A stretch of DNA of 32,000 bases from Candidatus Moranella endobia PCIT (GCF_000219175.1 NC_015735.1:30001-62000); one strand, 5' to 3'. Shown: positions 8,868 through 20,088, counted from the stretch's first letter. Numbers and translations: made by a program. The notes: generated by a model from the sequence alone, not told the origin.

Positions 8868-10115
8868 TTAATACAACATGGTTTTAGTATTGATTGTTGT
8901 CCGCTGTTGCTTCCAAATAGCTAGTATCTGTTGTCGTCTTCGTTCAAGCTCTTCGCCAATCTGCGCGCCTCTAAAACCAGTCATAATAACGTCTCTAGCT
9001 GTAACCGAATTGGCAAAGCAGAATGCCTCGCGCAGGAAACTTCCTTGCGGATAGAGATGATTTTCAAAACCTATACGTCCACGGAAGTTTGCTTCGCTAG
9101 CAATAATCAGCTGCTCCAGTCGCTCCGGGCGACGCCATACATCAATGGCCCTGAACAGTTTTATCAATGTTTGTGGTGTTAAATTCGCAGCACCGTGCAA
9201 CAAATTATGATATTTGGCAAAAATTTTTGCTAAATCACGCAAATCATTGGGTACGTTTAGCCGCTGGCACAATACTTCTACTAATTTTACCCCAGCTGGT
9301 CCATGCCCGTGATGGCTGGGCCAAAACGCGCGCGGTGTAAGCGCTTTACCTAAATCATGACAAAGCATAGCAAAGCGGACTGCTATATCTTCCGATAAAT
9401 TGGCTGCCATAGATACTGTCATTAGTGTATGAAGACCGGTATCGATTTCTGGATACCATTTTGTTGTTGCTGGAATACCAAACAGAGCGTCTACCTCTGG
9501 AAATAAAGTTTTTAACGCGCCGCAGTCTCGCAATACTTGAAAATATACCTGAGGATTACAGGTTGCTAAAGCTCGCTCAGTTTCTTTCCAGATACGCATT
9601 GGGTTCAGCAGCGTCAGCTCAGCGGTCATATGCTGCATGAGCGCCAAAGTTTCCGGTGCAATACGAAAATTTATATGGGCAAAACGTGCAGCAAATCTTG
9701 ATACCCTTAGTACACGCAGTGGATCTTCGCAAAAAGCATCGGATACATGACGTAACCAGCGCTCACGAATATCTTGCTGCCCCTGATAGGGATCGATTAG
9801 GTTGCCCTCGTCGTCGATGGCCATAGCGTTAATAGTAAGATCACGGCGACGCAAATCTTCTTCCAAAGTGACTTCAGGCGAAGTATAGCATGTAAAGCCA
9901 GTATATCCCGAACCTGATTTTAGCTCTGTACGGGCCAGTGCATACTCTTCACGACTATCTGGATGCAGAAACACTGGAAAATTTTTACCAACCTGTTGAT
10001 AACCTTGCAACAGCATGTCTTGCGGCGTAGCTCCGACCACGACCCAGTCCCTTTCCTTAACTGGTAGCTGTAATATACCATCACGAACAGCGCCACCTAC
10101 CAGATACTTTTTCAA
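8868..10115 (-). CDS. cca: Multifunctional CCA-adding enzyme (tRNA nucleotidyltransferase with HD phosphohydrolase domain)
   Basis: Collinear with E. coli Cca: [17 protein letters not shown], and the HD region [15 protein letters not shown]. The track ORF starts at ATG 10139. However, CAGGAGG followed 5 nt later by TTG at 10115 gives (M)[11 protein letters not shown], which matches E. coli [12 protein letters not shown], so I prefer the TTG start. Confidence 0.93.
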   Translation of the reverse strand: MKKYLVGGAVRDGILQLPVKERDWVVVGATPQDMLLQGYQQVGKNFPVFLHPDSREEYALARTELKSGSGYTGFTCYTSPEVTLEEDLRRRDLTINAMAIDDEGNLIDPYQGQQDIRERWLRHVSDAFCEDPLRVLRVSRFAARFAHINFRIAPETLALMQHMTAELTLLNPMRIWKETERALATCNPQVYFQVLRDCGALKTLFPEVDALFGIPATTKWYPEIDTGLHTLMTVSMAANLSEDIAVRFAMLCHDLGKALTPRAFWPSHHGHGPAGVKLVEVLCQRLNVPNDLRDLAKIFAKYHNLLHGAANLTPQTLIKLFRAIDVWRRPERLEQLIIASEANFRGRIGFENHLYPQGSFLREAFCFANSVTARDVIMTGFRGAQIGEELERRRQQILAIWKQQRTTINTKTMLY

Positions 10116-10320
10116 TATTACCTCCTGAGTAGCTGGCATTAGTTTGATCGTGCCAATACATTGTTATTTTTAACTATGATAGTACTACTAATGTAATAAT
10201 TCAGTTTTAACTTGGTATAAATATGTCATAGACTGTAACCAAATACTAAAATTTATACATAAGACATGATACAGGTCTACTAAAGAGCTAGCCACCGTTT
10301 TAAAAACAAGGAAGTAGCAG

Positions 10321-10647
10321 ATGACCACAACGTTAGAAAAAATTCAGCAACAGATAGCGGCACATCCAATTTTATTGTACATGAAAGGATCACCAAAATT
10401 TCCCGGATGTGGTTTTTCAGCCCAGGCAGCACAGGCGTTATCTGCCTGCAGCGCAAGTTTTACCTATGTTGATGTATTAACTAACCCAGATATCCGTGCT
10501 GAATTACCAAAAATTGCTAATTGGCCAACTTTTCCACAACTGTGGGTGAATGGTGAACTGATAGGTGGGTGTGATATTGTCCTCGACATGTATCAGCGCG
10601 GCGAATTACAGTCACTAATTAAACAAACATCAATTAGCATGCATTAA
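10321..10647 (+). CDS. grxD: Monothiol glutaredoxin Grx4
   Basis: 108 aa. The CGFS active site (FPGCGFSAQA) and ANWPTFPQLWVNGELIGGCDIV are collinear with E. coli GrxD. Confidence 0.93.
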   Translation: MTTTLEKIQQQIAAHPILLYMKGSPKFPGCGFSAQAAQALSACSASFTYVDVLTNPDIRAELPKIANWPTFPQLWVNGELIGGCDIVLDMYQRGELQSLIKQTSISMH

Positions 10648-10795
10648 TTATTAGTTAGACTTATCAACCAGCATTTAACTGATAAAAAAATCAAACCGTT
10701 AATGTGAAACAAACCTTTTACCAAGAAAATAACAACATATTAGCGTGGTATATTTTACAACTTTACATTAGGGTCAGTAAGTTATGTCTTATAAA

Positions 10796-11449
10796 TTACC
10801 CGTAGCTGATATCTGATATAACGATTGGCCAACCGCCTAGGCGTTTCCATCGATTCACTAATTCACAAAACAGCGTCGTAGTGCGTTCGGTATCGTACAG
10901 TGCCGAATGCGCTTTACCGCTATCAAAAGCAATGCCGGCAGCACAACAGGCTTTAGCTAACACGGTTTGTCCGAATACTAGTCCGCTTAGTGCCGCAGTA
11001 TCAAAAGTCGCAAAGGGATGGAAAGGGTTACATTTAAGACCAGTGCGCCCGGTGGCGGCCATTAAAAAACTGTGATCAAATGCAGCATTGTGCGCCACAA
11101 TAATGGCGCGATTACAATCCTGATCTTTTATGCCCTGACGTACCATTTTAAAAATTTCATGCAAGGCTTCATGTTCGGTTACCGCATCACGCAAGGGGTT
11201 ATGCGGATCAATGCCGTTAAAAGCAAGCGCTTCTGGCTGAAGTAGTGCACCGGGAAAGGGAACTACGTTAAAATGCATAGTATGCTCTGCTTGCAGCCAT
11301 CCCTCTTCGTCCATTTTTAGTGTCACAGCTGCAATTTCAAGCAAGGCATCGGTTCCAGCGTTAAATCCAGCGGTTTCAACATCAATGACAACGGGATAAA
11401 AGCCCCGAAAGCGGGCACGAAGGGTGTTCAAATAGTCTATTTTAGCCAT
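10796..11449 (-). CDS. rnt: Ribonuclease T
   Basis: [28 protein letters not shown] and [10 protein letters not shown] are collinear with E. coli RNase T. The ATG at 11449 ([17 protein letters not shown]) fits the E. coli length better than the track start at 11470. It is convergent with grxD, as in E. coli (lhr is lost). Confidence 0.93.
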   Translation of the reverse strand: MAKIDYLNTLRARFRGFYPVVIDVETAGFNAGTDALLEIAAVTLKMDEEGWLQAEHTMHFNVVPFPGALLQPEALAFNGIDPHNPLRDAVTEHEALHEIFKMVRQGIKDQDCNRAIIVAHNAAFDHSFLMAATGRTGLKCNPFHPFATFDTAALSGLVFGQTVLAKACCAAGIAFDSGKAHSALYDTERTTTLFCELVNRWKRLGGWPIVISDISYG

Positions 11450-11594
11450 GCCGGTTGTTATGTTTAGCAAATCCAGCAGTAATTATGCCAAATGTTAGTG
11501 AATCTTGCATAGCAATTCTGCCAGCTGGGTTTGGAGAACGAGCTTTATGCATGATGCTACCACAGAAATATAGGTATAAATGTTGAAAAATTAC

Positions 11595-11849
11595 TTATTC
11601 GGTAACTGATTGGCATTCTAAGCAAATATCCCTACATTAACCTAATAGGATAGTCACGGATAGCAAGGATGGGTTTAAGCCAGCAACGTAAGTAACGGTT
11701 TTTAACCTTAGTAACTGTTTGCTGGCGCTGCTAGATGCGCTGTTCAGCAAGATTGTTTGGTTACATTAACCCCAACTATCCCTAACTATCATAGGAATAA
11801 CGATAATAAAAAATTTGTATAAATTAGTTTAGTCACGATAAACAGCCAT
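11595..11849 (-). pseudogene. gloA: Possible glyoxalase I relic
   Basis: Collinear short matches in shifting minus frames: MAVYRD* (MRLLHT); IVRDSWG (ELTYNWG); GVNV..TAHLAAPANS (GVDK..TAYGHIALSVDN); LLRLKTVTYVAGLNP (KIRQNGGNVTREAGP). The spacer is about the size of gloA and sits directly upstream of rnt, as in E. coli. All matches are weak. Confidence 0.35.
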
Positions 11850-11852
11850 TGC

Positions 11853-12641
11853 TCAATCAAAAGCAATATCGTTCATCGTAGCAATATTAAAACCGTTGTC
11901 CACATGTATTACCTCGCCAGTAATGCCAGCAGATAAATCAGAGCATAAAAAGGCGGCAGTATTACCAACATCAGTAATGGTTACTACACGACGTAGTGGT
12001 GCCACCGACTCATAGTGGTGCAACATCTTTTTGAACTGTTTAATACCAGATGCAGCTAAAGTACGGATAGGACCAGCAGAAATGGCATTAACCCGGACAC
12101 CTTGTGGTCCCATAGCGTTAGCCATGTAACGGGTATTAGCCTCTAAAGAGGCCTTAGCTAGGCCCATGACGTTATAATTAGGAATAGCACGTTCGGCACC
12201 AAGGTAAGTAAGCGTCAGCAATGCTGAATTAGAATTCAGCATACACCTACTGCTTTTAGCCATTGCAACAAAACTATATGCGCTGATATTGTGCGTGATA
12301 GTGAACCCTTCACGGGTTACTGTGTTTACATAATCGCCGTTCAATTGATTAACAGGCGAATAAGCAATAGCATGTACAAAGCCGCTAAAGGTTGGCCAAA
12401 CTTTAGCCAAGTGTTTAAATAGTGCTTTGATATTAGCATCTGTCGTCACATCGCATGGCAATACAATATTGGAATTAAAATCGGCGGCGAACCCTTCAAC
12501 TCTTGATTTAAATTTATCACACTGATACGTGAATGCTAGCTCTGCACCTTGAAGGTGCAGAGCCTGAGCAATACCATAGGCAATTGAACGATTATTAGCA
12601 ACACCAGTCACTAGAATACGCTTACCAACAAGAAAACCCAT
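11853..12641 (-). CDS. fabI: Enoyl-[acyl-carrier-protein] reductase (NADH)
   Basis: [27 protein letters not shown]... is collinear with E. coli FabI (262 aa), with catalytic Y..K in [14 protein letters not shown]. The ATG at 12641 has AGGA 8 nt upstream and matches E. coli MGFLSGKR; the track start at 12650 is 3 codons longer. Confidence 0.95.
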   Translation of the reverse strand: MGFLVGKRILVTGVANNRSIAYGIAQALHLQGAELAFTYQCDKFKSRVEGFAADFNSNIVLPCDVTTDANIKALFKHLAKVWPTFSGFVHAIAYSPVNQLNGDYVNTVTREGFTITHNISAYSFVAMAKSSRCMLNSNSALLTLTYLGAERAIPNYNVMGLAKASLEANTRYMANAMGPQGVRVNAISAGPIRTLAASGIKQFKKMLHHYESVAPLRRVVTITDVGNTAAFLCSDLSAGITGEVIHVDNGFNIATMNDIAFD

Positions 12642-12728
12642 AACATTCATCCTGAATAAATTAATAATATAATTATTAATTAAGATTGTTTACTACAAAT
12701 AAATTTAGCAACGTTGTTTATAAACCTG

Positions 12729-12756
12729 TTGAATTGTAGCCTTATTTCGCTATAAT
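12729..12756 (+). promoter_or_regulatory. Candidate sigma70 promoter about 215 nt upstream of ppa
   Basis: TTGAAT (12729..12734), 16-nt spacer, perfect TATAAT (12751..12756). A 12-nt palindrome AGACTTAAGTCT follows immediately downstream. This is a sequence-motif call only, in AT-rich DNA. Confidence 0.3.
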
Positions 12757-12971
12757 AATGCAGACTTAAGTCTTGTCTTAGTGCCGGCGAAAGATACAAG
12801 TAATAGCAAGTTACCGTTGCCAGCCATACGTTCGTTTGGTTTGCACTGTATTTTATAGCTATATTTTACATAATATACTTCAAAAAAAACAAGCAAACAA
12901 GCAGTAGTGTAGATATTCTCGGGGTGCAAATAGGACACAGGCATCTAATAACATCGACGCAGGGGCATAAA

Positions 12972-13505
12972 ATGAATTTGAATCAGGTATCGGCAGGAGA
13001 AAATATTCCAGAAGATATTTATGTCGTTATTGAAATTGCAGCTAACAATTACCCTATCAAATACGAAGTTGATAAGAAAAGTGGCGTCTTGTTTGTCAAT
13101 CGTTTCATGTCAACTGTCATGTTCTATCCATGTAACTACGGTTACATAAACCATACTCTATCACTAGATGGCGATCCTTTGGACGTGCTAGTACCAACGC
13201 CATATCCTCTGCATCCAGGCTCAGTAGTACGCTGTCGCCCAGTGGGTATATTAAAAATGACCGATGAATCTGGCGAAGACGCAAAACTGGTAGCGGTACC
13301 ACATGCAAAACTCTTACCCGAATCTAACCACATTAAAGACATCGAAGATATATCACCACTACTACGTGCGCAAATCACCCATTTTTTTGAACATTATAAA
13401 GATCTAGAATCAGGTAGTAAATGGGTGAAAGTTGATAGTTGGGATAATGCAGAAGCTGCAAAAGCCGAAATCATCGCCTCAATTAAGCGTGCTAACAATA
13501 AATAA
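12972..13505 (+). CDS. ppa: Inorganic pyrophosphatase
   Basis: [38 protein letters not shown]... is collinear with E. coli Ppa (176 aa). The track ORF begins 16 codons upstream at 12924; the ATG at 12972 follows AGGGG and matches the E. coli N-terminus. Confidence 0.95.
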   Translation: MNLNQVSAGENIPEDIYVVIEIAANNYPIKYEVDKKSGVLFVNRFMSTVMFYPCNYGYINHTLSLDGDPLDVLVPTPYPLHPGSVVRCRPVGILKMTDESGEDAKLVAVPHAKLLPESNHIKDIEDISPLLRAQITHFFEHYKDLESGSKWVKVDSWDNAEAAKAEIIASIKRANNK

Positions 13506-13956
13506 ACTAAACCCAATCATTCCATTCTCACACGTCTGGGATGGGAAGCTTCCACCAGCTAGCGTATTAAAACATCATTGATCACTAACGTGATTGCCTA
13601 ACTAAAATTACCCTGAGTTAAAATCTTCTAAGTAAGCAACTTGTGCAAAAAAAATTGCTGATGTGTCAGTTAAACTTTTAAGAATTTTTCTTTAAAAAAA
13701 CACTATCGTTACCATCAACCAGGTTTAACTATAAACTATAACATGTGATTTTATTTAAGCCAGTTACAGCTACCAGTATGTTTAATTTTAAACGGCAAAT
13801 TTACAACACATAGCATATAGTAACAATAACAACGATTCTTCACAACTACGTGACCGTATTTCCTTTAATGTAATTAAATTAGTTATTCAATTATATGGAA
13901 AAAATGTTCACTACTAGACAAGTTAACCTACACTGAATGTGTAACATGGAGTAATG

Positions 13957-15621
13957 ATGCATCATGCTACGCCGCTCATCAATACTATTGTCGTTGGTCT
14001 CGTATTAGCATATGTGCTAGGGATAGGAGCCAATCGATTACGCATCTCTCCTTTAGTGGGATATTTGACTGCCGGCGTTCTAGTCGGTCCATTTACCCCT
14101 GGTTTTGTTGCCGATACCTCGTTAGCAACTGAGCTAGCAGAACTAGGAGTGATACTGCTGATGTTCGGTGTTGGGTTACATTTCTCATTAAAAGATTTAA
14201 TGGCGGTGAAAAACATTGCCATTCCGGGTGCAACCGCACAAATTGCCGTAGCAACACTGCTGGGTATGACATTTTCATTTTTCATGGGATGGACATTGCT
14301 AAATGGACTAGTATTTGGCTTGTGCCTATCCACCGCCAGCACCGTAGTTTTACTACGCACACTAGAAGAACGGCAGCTGATTAAGAGCCACCGTGGACAA
14401 ATAGCGATCGGCTGGTTGATCGTAGAAGATTTAATCATGGTGATGACACTGGTGCTATTACCCGCTCTATGCAAGATTCTTGGTGCTAATGATAACTACT
14501 ATAATGCTGCTATTTGGCACGAACTAGCATTGACTATCAGCAAAGTAGTTGCATTTATCACTCTTATGATCGTAGTAGGACGGCGGCTAGTGCCATGGGT
14601 GCTGGCGAAAAGCGCTAGCACTGGCTCCCGTGAATTGTTCACGCTCGCAGTACTGGCGTTAGCAATGGGTATTGCTTTTGGTGCAGTAGAATTTTTCGGT
14701 GTATCATTTGCCCTAGGCGCATTTTTCGCTGGAGTAGTTTTGAATGAATCAGAACTCAGTCATCGTGCCGCTCATGATACGTTACCATTGAGAGATGCCT
14801 TTGCAGTATTGTTTTTTGTGTCAGTTGGGATGCTGTTCGACCCCACTATTCTGCTACGCGAGCCGTTAGCTGTATTGGCAACATTGTCAATTATTGTACT
14901 AGGTAAATCGGCAGCTGCCTTTGTGCTGGTTAAGCTATTCGGCTTATCATTGCGCACATCTTTGACTATAGCTGTAAGCCTGGCCCAAATTGGTGAATTC
15001 GCGTTTATTTTGTCTGGTTTAGGTATAGTGCTCAAGATACTTTCTGAACAGGGGCGCCATTTAGTACTGGCGGGCGCGATTATGTCAATAATGATCAATC
15101 CGCTGATATTTGCTATATTGGAGCACTATCTTATGATCTACTTTAATGAAAGCGACACTATAGAACTGCAGCAGAAGGTAAATACCCATTTACCTAAGTC
15201 GATCAGCCAACATGCACTACTAGTAGGCTATGGCCGAGTAGGTAGCATAATTGGTACCAAGTTGCTACATGCGAACGTGCCAATGGTAGTAGTGGAACAT
15301 AACAGTGCCCGCGTTAATGCATTGCGTGAACAGGGGATTAATGTAGTGTTAGGTAATGCCGCCAGCGCTGATATCATGGCGCTGGCGCGGCTAAATACCG
15401 CCCGCTGGCTTTTAGTCACTGTTCCAAATGGTTTTGAGGCAGGAGAAATTGTTGTGCTTGCACGCGAACAAGATCCAGATTTAAAGATTATTGTCCAAGC
15501 GTACTACGACGATGAAGTCAACTACATCACTGAACGTGGTGCAACACAGGTGGTGATAGGAGAGCGTGAAATAGCCAACAGCATGATTTCTATTATACAA
15601 CGGGAAATGGAACTTCAGTAA
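13957..15621 (+). CDS. ybaL: CPA2-family monovalent cation:proton antiporter with C-terminal RCK/TrkA-N domain
   Basis: MHHATPLINTIVVGLVLAYVLG...ISPLVGYLTAGVLVGPFTPGFVAD...ELGVILLMFGVGLHFSLKDLMAVK is near-collinear with E. coli YbaL (558 aa). The C-terminal region has HALLVGYGRVGS (Rossmann GxGxxG). GGAG lies 5 nt before the second ATG (13957). Confidence 0.9.
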   Translation: MHHATPLINTIVVGLVLAYVLGIGANRLRISPLVGYLTAGVLVGPFTPGFVADTSLATELAELGVILLMFGVGLHFSLKDLMAVKNIAIPGATAQIAVATLLGMTFSFFMGWTLLNGLVFGLCLSTASTVVLLRTLEERQLIKSHRGQIAIGWLIVEDLIMVMTLVLLPALCKILGANDNYYNAAIWHELALTISKVVAFITLMIVVGRRLVPWVLAKSASTGSRELFTLAVLALAMGIAFGAVEFFGVSFALGAFFAGVVLNESELSHRAAHDTLPLRDAFAVLFFVSVGMLFDPTILLREPLAVLATLSIIVLGKSAAAFVLVKLFGLSLRTSLTIAVSLAQIGEFAFILSGLGIVLKILSEQGRHLVLAGAIMSIMINPLIFAILEHYLMIYFNESDTIELQQKVNTHLPKSISQHALLVGYGRVGSIIGTKLLHANVPMVVVEHNSARVNALREQGINVVLGNAASADIMALARLNTARWLLVTVPNGFEAGEIVVLAREQDPDLKIIVQAYYDDEVNYITERGATQVVIGEREIANSMISIIQREMELQ

Positions 15622-15662
15622 ACGCTATGGAAACCAAACTATTCGTTCTAAAGTAGTGCAAC

Positions 15663-15687
15663 ACTGGTAAACATAACCAGTATTTTT
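15663..15687 (+). terminator. Weak candidate intrinsic terminator after ybaL
   Basis: ACTGGT-aaacata-ACCAGT (6-bp stem) followed by ATTTTT, about 40 nt after the ybaL stop. The stem is short and AT-rich. Confidence 0.3.
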
Positions 15688-16057
15688 AAAAGTTACCTAG
15701 TGTTGTACATAGATATATTGAATAGGTTCCAAACAAGTAGCACTGCTGCGGTATACAGTAGATAGAACCAAAAAATCCTGCCTGCCGCCGTACACAGCCA
15801 ACGTTTGCATAAATATGGCGCTAAATCAATGATTGCTGTGGGAGTTCCAGTTAAGCATTGTTATGAATAAATATCGTTGCATACCATTCATATAAGCTAA
15901 GCACAGCCAAACGAAGTTGTATGAAGGGATGAAGTTGTGTCAAGCTGATTGGTATTTAAGCTATACAGTTCTGTTTATAGACATCGCACTTAATTTTGAC
16001 ATCATTATATACTTATAATTAAATATCGTTACTGTTTACACTTGTCTGATCAAAAGA

Positions 16058-16936
16058 TTACAACAAACAAGCATCTGTTAACGCCTGTCTTACCAATTGT
16101 CTACCAACCTTGGTTAGGGGTGTCATCGGCAGGCGCATAGTGTCAGTAGCAATTAATCCCAATGTTTTACAAGCCCATTTAACTGGTATAGGACTAGGTT
16201 CACAGAACAATGTTTGATGCAGCGTTATCAAGCGCTTATTTAAGCTTCGCGCCTCTAAGTAATGGCCATCAGCTGCCAGAGAACATAGCTGTGCCATTTC
16301 TTTTGCCGCCACGTTCGCTGTTACGGAAATTACACCTTGACCACCCAGGCGCATAAAATCCAATGCACTTGTGTCATCGCCACTTAGTAGTAGGAAATTG
16401 TTATTGACTAAAGCTTGGATCTGGCTCACTCGGCTTAAGTTCCCAGTTGCTTCCTTAATACCAATAATATTTTTTATTTCTGCCAGGCGGGCGACAGTTG
16501 ATGGTAGCATATCACAGCCAGTTCTCGCTGGAACATTGTACAGAATCTGTGGCAAATCGCTGCTTTCAGCAATAGCTTTAAAGTGCTGGTATAATCCTGT
16601 CTGACTCGGTCTGTTATAATAAGGTATGACACTAAGGCATCCTACAACGTCGCTATTATTGAAGCAGCTAGTCAACGATACAGCCTCGTAGGTAGAGTTA
16701 GCACCCGTTCCAGCAATGACGGGAATACGTCCATCACTGAGCTCAAGGGTCCACATCACCATATCGTGGTGTTCTGTGTTGCTTAGGGTAGACGTTTCAC
16801 CAGTAGTTCCTACAGCAACAATTGCTTTGGTACCACTAATAACATGATACTCGATTAAGTTTTTCAGACTGACTCGGTCGATGGCGCCCTTTTCATCCAT
16901 CGGAGTAACAAGTGCAACTATGCTTCCAGTAAACAT
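16058..16936 (-). CDS. dapA: 4-hydroxy-tetrahydrodipicolinate synthase
   Basis: 292 aa. [17 protein letters not shown]...GTTGE...IIGIKEATG (Schiff-base Lys context) is collinear with E. coli DapA (292 aa). Confidence 0.95.
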   Translation of the reverse strand: MFTGSIVALVTPMDEKGAIDRVSLKNLIEYHVISGTKAIVAVGTTGETSTLSNTEHHDMVMWTLELSDGRIPVIAGTGANSTYEAVSLTSCFNNSDVVGCLSVIPYYNRPSQTGLYQHFKAIAESSDLPQILYNVPARTGCDMLPSTVARLAEIKNIIGIKEATGNLSRVSQIQALVNNNFLLLSGDDTSALDFMRLGGQGVISVTANVAAKEMAQLCSLAADGHYLEARSLNKRLITLHQTLFCEPSPIPVKWACKTLGLIATDTMRLPMTPLTKVGRQLVRQALTDACLL

Positions 16937-16999
16937 TGATTATCCCTCCACCAAGAGTTTATACAAAGTAAGTTTGGTAAACTATCTAAAATTAAGCAA

Positions 17000-17610
17000 A
17001 ATTTTTGATGAAATAATGGACTTATTAGTATCATTATTTATTCGCTAGTTTTAGCGAATAAGCTAGTCTTATTATGTTATGGTGGAATGCAAACTTTAAT
17101 CTAGGCTTTTCGGCTGCTAGATTTTAATGGGTATAATTTACTTATTGGTATTAGTATATTATGCCACATGATCATACAATATAAAAATTATGCAAGATAA
17201 AAAAACTACTACTGCCAGAGCCTAGACAGGCTCAGTTAGCTAGTATAAGATCATAAATTAGTTTACCCCCCCTCCATTTTTTCCAGGATTGGGTAAGCTA
17301 GTTTTTTAAGAAAAACAGTTCATAACGATCATCGTCTGATGTAAAAATATTATTTTGTTTGCCTATTGTTAGGCATAATTGACCTAGATATAATCTTTCT
17401 ATTATTTTAACTGAGTTAGTGTAACAATAAATAATTTAATTGTGCTGCCATTACTCATTAAACATATTGCCATTGCAATAAACAAGCATTAGTAATAATC
17501 ATTGGTGTACACTTGTAAAATCAATGTCATTAATCGCTTAAACAACGAACTGGATGATATTTTATGCATAATATAATAAAAGTGTAAAACTGCAGCTATT
17601 ACATTATGCC
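17000..17610 (-). pseudogene. rhlB: ATP-dependent RNA helicase RhlB pseudogene: 5' part only, with internal deletions. Boundaries are approximate.
   Basis: Collinear minus-strand pieces: HPVRCLSD (HPKVVEALE); FYKCTPMI at 17500..17520 (FHNCTPIQ); VMAAQLN (VAGQAQTG, Walker A region); RYELF (TRELA); WRGGKLIYD (AYGGDGYDK); ALAVVVFLSCI around 17205..17213 (AIQVVVLDEAD, DEAD box destroyed). It is divergent from trxA, exactly as rhlB is in E. coli. Confidence 0.45.
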
Positions 17611-17696
17611 GATTGATTCAGTTATTACTGATGTTTTTAACAGTAAACAATGCTAATCTATTGAGGAAAATATAAAAGTATGGAGGAAAAGAAAAT

Positions 17697-18020
17697 ATGA
17701 AAGATAAAATAATTATTTTGAATGATGACAGCTTTGATCATTACGTACAAGCACAGGGTTTGTGTTTAGTGGATTTTTGGGCCGAATGGTGTGGTCCTTG
17801 TAAGAACATGGCGCCTATTATAGCAGAAGTTGCTGATGAATTAGATGGTAAACTGACTATTGCTAAATTGAACATCGACGAGAATCATACAACTGCACAT
17901 AAGTATAGTATCCGCAGTATTCCAGCCCTGTTGCTATTTCGTAATGGTGAAGTTATAGCTACTAAAATTGGCATAATATCCAAAGGACAGTTAAAAGATT
18001 TCATAAACGAAAATCTTTAG
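17697..18020 (+). CDS. trxA: Thioredoxin 1
   Basis: 107 aa. WCGPC active site ([16 protein letters not shown]), GGAGG Shine-Dalgarno, collinear with E. coli TrxA. Followed by rho, as in E. coli. Confidence 0.95.
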   Translation: MKDKIIILNDDSFDHYVQAQGLCLVDFWAEWCGPCKNMAPIIAEVADELDGKLTIAKLNIDENHTTAHKYSIRSIPALLLFRNGEVIATKIGIISKGQLKDFINENL

Positions 18021-18422
18021 GCTGGGAGAGATTACTATAGGCGCTAGCGTTTATAAACATTTCTCATATGATCCGCTAGATGCCAATAAATAACCATGGT
18101 AAATCAAGCTTGCAGCATTATTAATTATTATCTACCCTATAGTTTTTAAATATGAGCTGTATTTTATTTAACAAAATCTTGTCGAAAGAAAGCACAAATC
18201 ATGACTAACTAGTAGGACTGCCAGCCAGCAGAATATTAATTCATAGATTGAAGGCACATTAAATCCATCTTTTTATGCATTCTACTGATTATCTACTGAT
18301 AGAAAGTAATTTAATGATATTTTAAAAGACACATATACAGGCAAGGTAAAAGCTGCCATACCATCCACAAAATCAGTACAATAACATTATATATATTACC
18401 CCAAGTTTAAGAACCCACCATT

Positions 18423-19682
18423 ATGAACCTTACCGAATTAAAAAATACGCCAGTTTCAGAACTAGTTACTATTGGCGATAATATAGGACTGGAAAACCTG
18501 GCCCGCCTGCGTAAACAAGACATCATCTTTACCATCCTTAAGCAGCATGCCAAGAGTGGTGAAGATATCTTCGGCGATGGTGTACTGGAAATTTTGCAGG
18601 ACGGATTCGGCTTTCTTCGCTCTAGCGACAGTTCATACCTTGCAGGTCCAGATGATATTTACGTTTCTCCTAGCCAAATTCGCCGTTTTAACCTGCGTAC
18701 CGGGGACACAATTTCCGGCAAGATTCGTCCACCGAAAGATGGAGAACGCTACTTTGCACTACTAAAAGTTAACAAAGTAAACTACGAAAAACCGGAAAAT
18801 GCCCGTAACAAAATTCTGTTTGAAAACCTAACACCACTGCACACCAATTCGCGCTTATGCATGGAGCGTGGTAATGGCTCGACTGAAGATCTAACTACGC
18901 GCGTTCTTGATCTAGCATCACCTATTGGCCGCGGTCAGCGAGGCCTGATTGTAGCGCCACCGAAAGCTGGTAAAACAATTCTACTACAAAATATAGCTCA
19001 AAGTATCGCTTATAATTATTCCGACTGCGTGTTAATGGTACTGCTGATTGATGAGCGTCCGGAAGAAGTGACAGAGATGCAGCGTCTGGTGAACGGTGAA
19101 GTCATAGCGTCTACATTTGATGAGCCAGCTTCTCGTCACGTACAGGTAGCAGAGATGGTTATAGAAAAAGCAAAGCGTCTGGTTGAGCATAAAAAAGACG
19201 TTATGATATTGTTAGATTCAATTACCCGGCTCGCGCGCGCCTACAACACCGTTGTACCAGCTTCAGGCAAGGTATTAACCGGTGGTGTCGACGCCAACGC
19301 CCTGCATCGTCCGAAGCGTTTCTTTGGTGCTGCGCGTAATATGGAAGAAGGCGGTAGTCTGACTATTATTGCAACTGCTCTTATCGATACTGGCTCGAAG
19401 ATGGACGAAGTGATTTACGAAGAATTTAAAGGAACAGGTAACATGGAATTACATTTATCACGGAAAATAGCTGAGAAACGAGTTTTTCCAGCAATCGATT
19501 ACAACCGCTCTGGTACTCGTAAGGAAGAATTACTAACAACCAAGGAAGAGCTACAGAAAATGTGGATACTACGTAAAATTATTCATCCAATGAGTGAAAT
19601 TGATGCGATGGAATTTCTGATTAACAAGTTGGTTATGACCAAAACCAATGAGGAATTTTTCGATATGATGAAATGTTCGTAA
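18423..19682 (+). CDS. rho: Transcription termination factor Rho
   Basis: 419 aa, the same length as E. coli Rho and nearly identical to it ([14 protein letters not shown]..., Walker A APPKAGKT, ...FFDMMKCS). Confidence 0.97.
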   Translation: MNLTELKNTPVSELVTIGDNIGLENLARLRKQDIIFTILKQHAKSGEDIFGDGVLEILQDGFGFLRSSDSSYLAGPDDIYVSPSQIRRFNLRTGDTISGKIRPPKDGERYFALLKVNKVNYEKPENARNKILFENLTPLHTNSRLCMERGNGSTEDLTTRVLDLASPIGRGQRGLIVAPPKAGKTILLQNIAQSIAYNYSDCVLMVLLIDERPEEVTEMQRLVNGEVIASTFDEPASRHVQVAEMVIEKAKRLVEHKKDVMILLDSITRLARAYNTVVPASGKVLTGGVDANALHRPKRFFGAARNMEEGGSLTIIATALIDTGSKMDEVIYEEFKGTGNMELHLSRKIAEKRVFPAIDYNRSGTRKEELLTTKEELQKMWILRKIIHPMSEIDAMEFLINKLVMTKTNEEFFDMMKCS

Positions 19683-19964
19683 GTTACAACAATCTAATCT
19701 TTCCATGTAAAACCGTAATATTGTTCATGTCTGTCTAATGTTAGGATAAACAATTATCTTAAATAGACGCTAGACTATCTATACTGGGTTGTGTCTGTTT
19801 GGTTAATTTTAATGTTATGCTTAAGATTATATCATCTTATATCTTGGTGTTATGGTACATTCTAGTCATGGCGCTGTCGATGATTTTAAGTAGAAGCTGC
19901 CTCAGGATAGATAAATGTGTAATTGTGCAAATAGTAAGCAAAATAGTTTTTTTTGAAAAATTAA

Positions 19965-19993
19965 TAGACAACTAGTCAGTAAAGCAGTACAAT
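19965..19993 (+). promoter_or_regulatory. Candidate sigma70 promoter of the tRNA operon
   Basis: TAGACA (19965..19970), 17-nt spacer, TACAAT (19988..19993). An A/T-rich UP-like tract lies upstream (AATAGTTTTTTTTGAAAAATTAA). The first tRNA starts 22 nt after the -10 element. Confidence 0.4.
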
Positions 19994-20014
19994 TTTATTC
20001 TGCAGCGCTGCTGT

Positions 20015-20088
<74 letters not shown>

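Noticed and set aside
12750-12944. 64-aa minus-strand ORF in the fabI-ppa spacer.
   Set aside because: It has no Shine-Dalgarno and no similarity I can recognise, and it overlaps the plus-strand promoter-like region. I treat it as chance in AT-rich DNA, though a decayed relic cannot be excluded.
13962-15419. Minus-strand ORFs of 170, 108, 63 and 61 aa inside ybaL.
   Set aside because: They are antisense to a well-supported, full-length, homology-confirmed CDS. Their products are Ser/Thr/Ala/Pro-rich with no recognisable family, which is typical of shadow ORFs.
15700-16057. Possible bamC (nlpB) relic downstream of dapA, as expected from the E. coli dapA-bamC operon.
   Set aside because: I translated all three minus frames and found only 2-3 residue coincidences (for example QRY vs SRY). 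That is not enough to support a call.
18021-18422. I looked for a rho leader peptide (rhoL) or attenuator structure, and noted the near-tandem TCTACTGAT repeat around 18283..18303.
   Set aside because: I found no ORF resembling rhoL and no convincing hairpin plus U-tract. The 9-bp repeat is too short to interpret.
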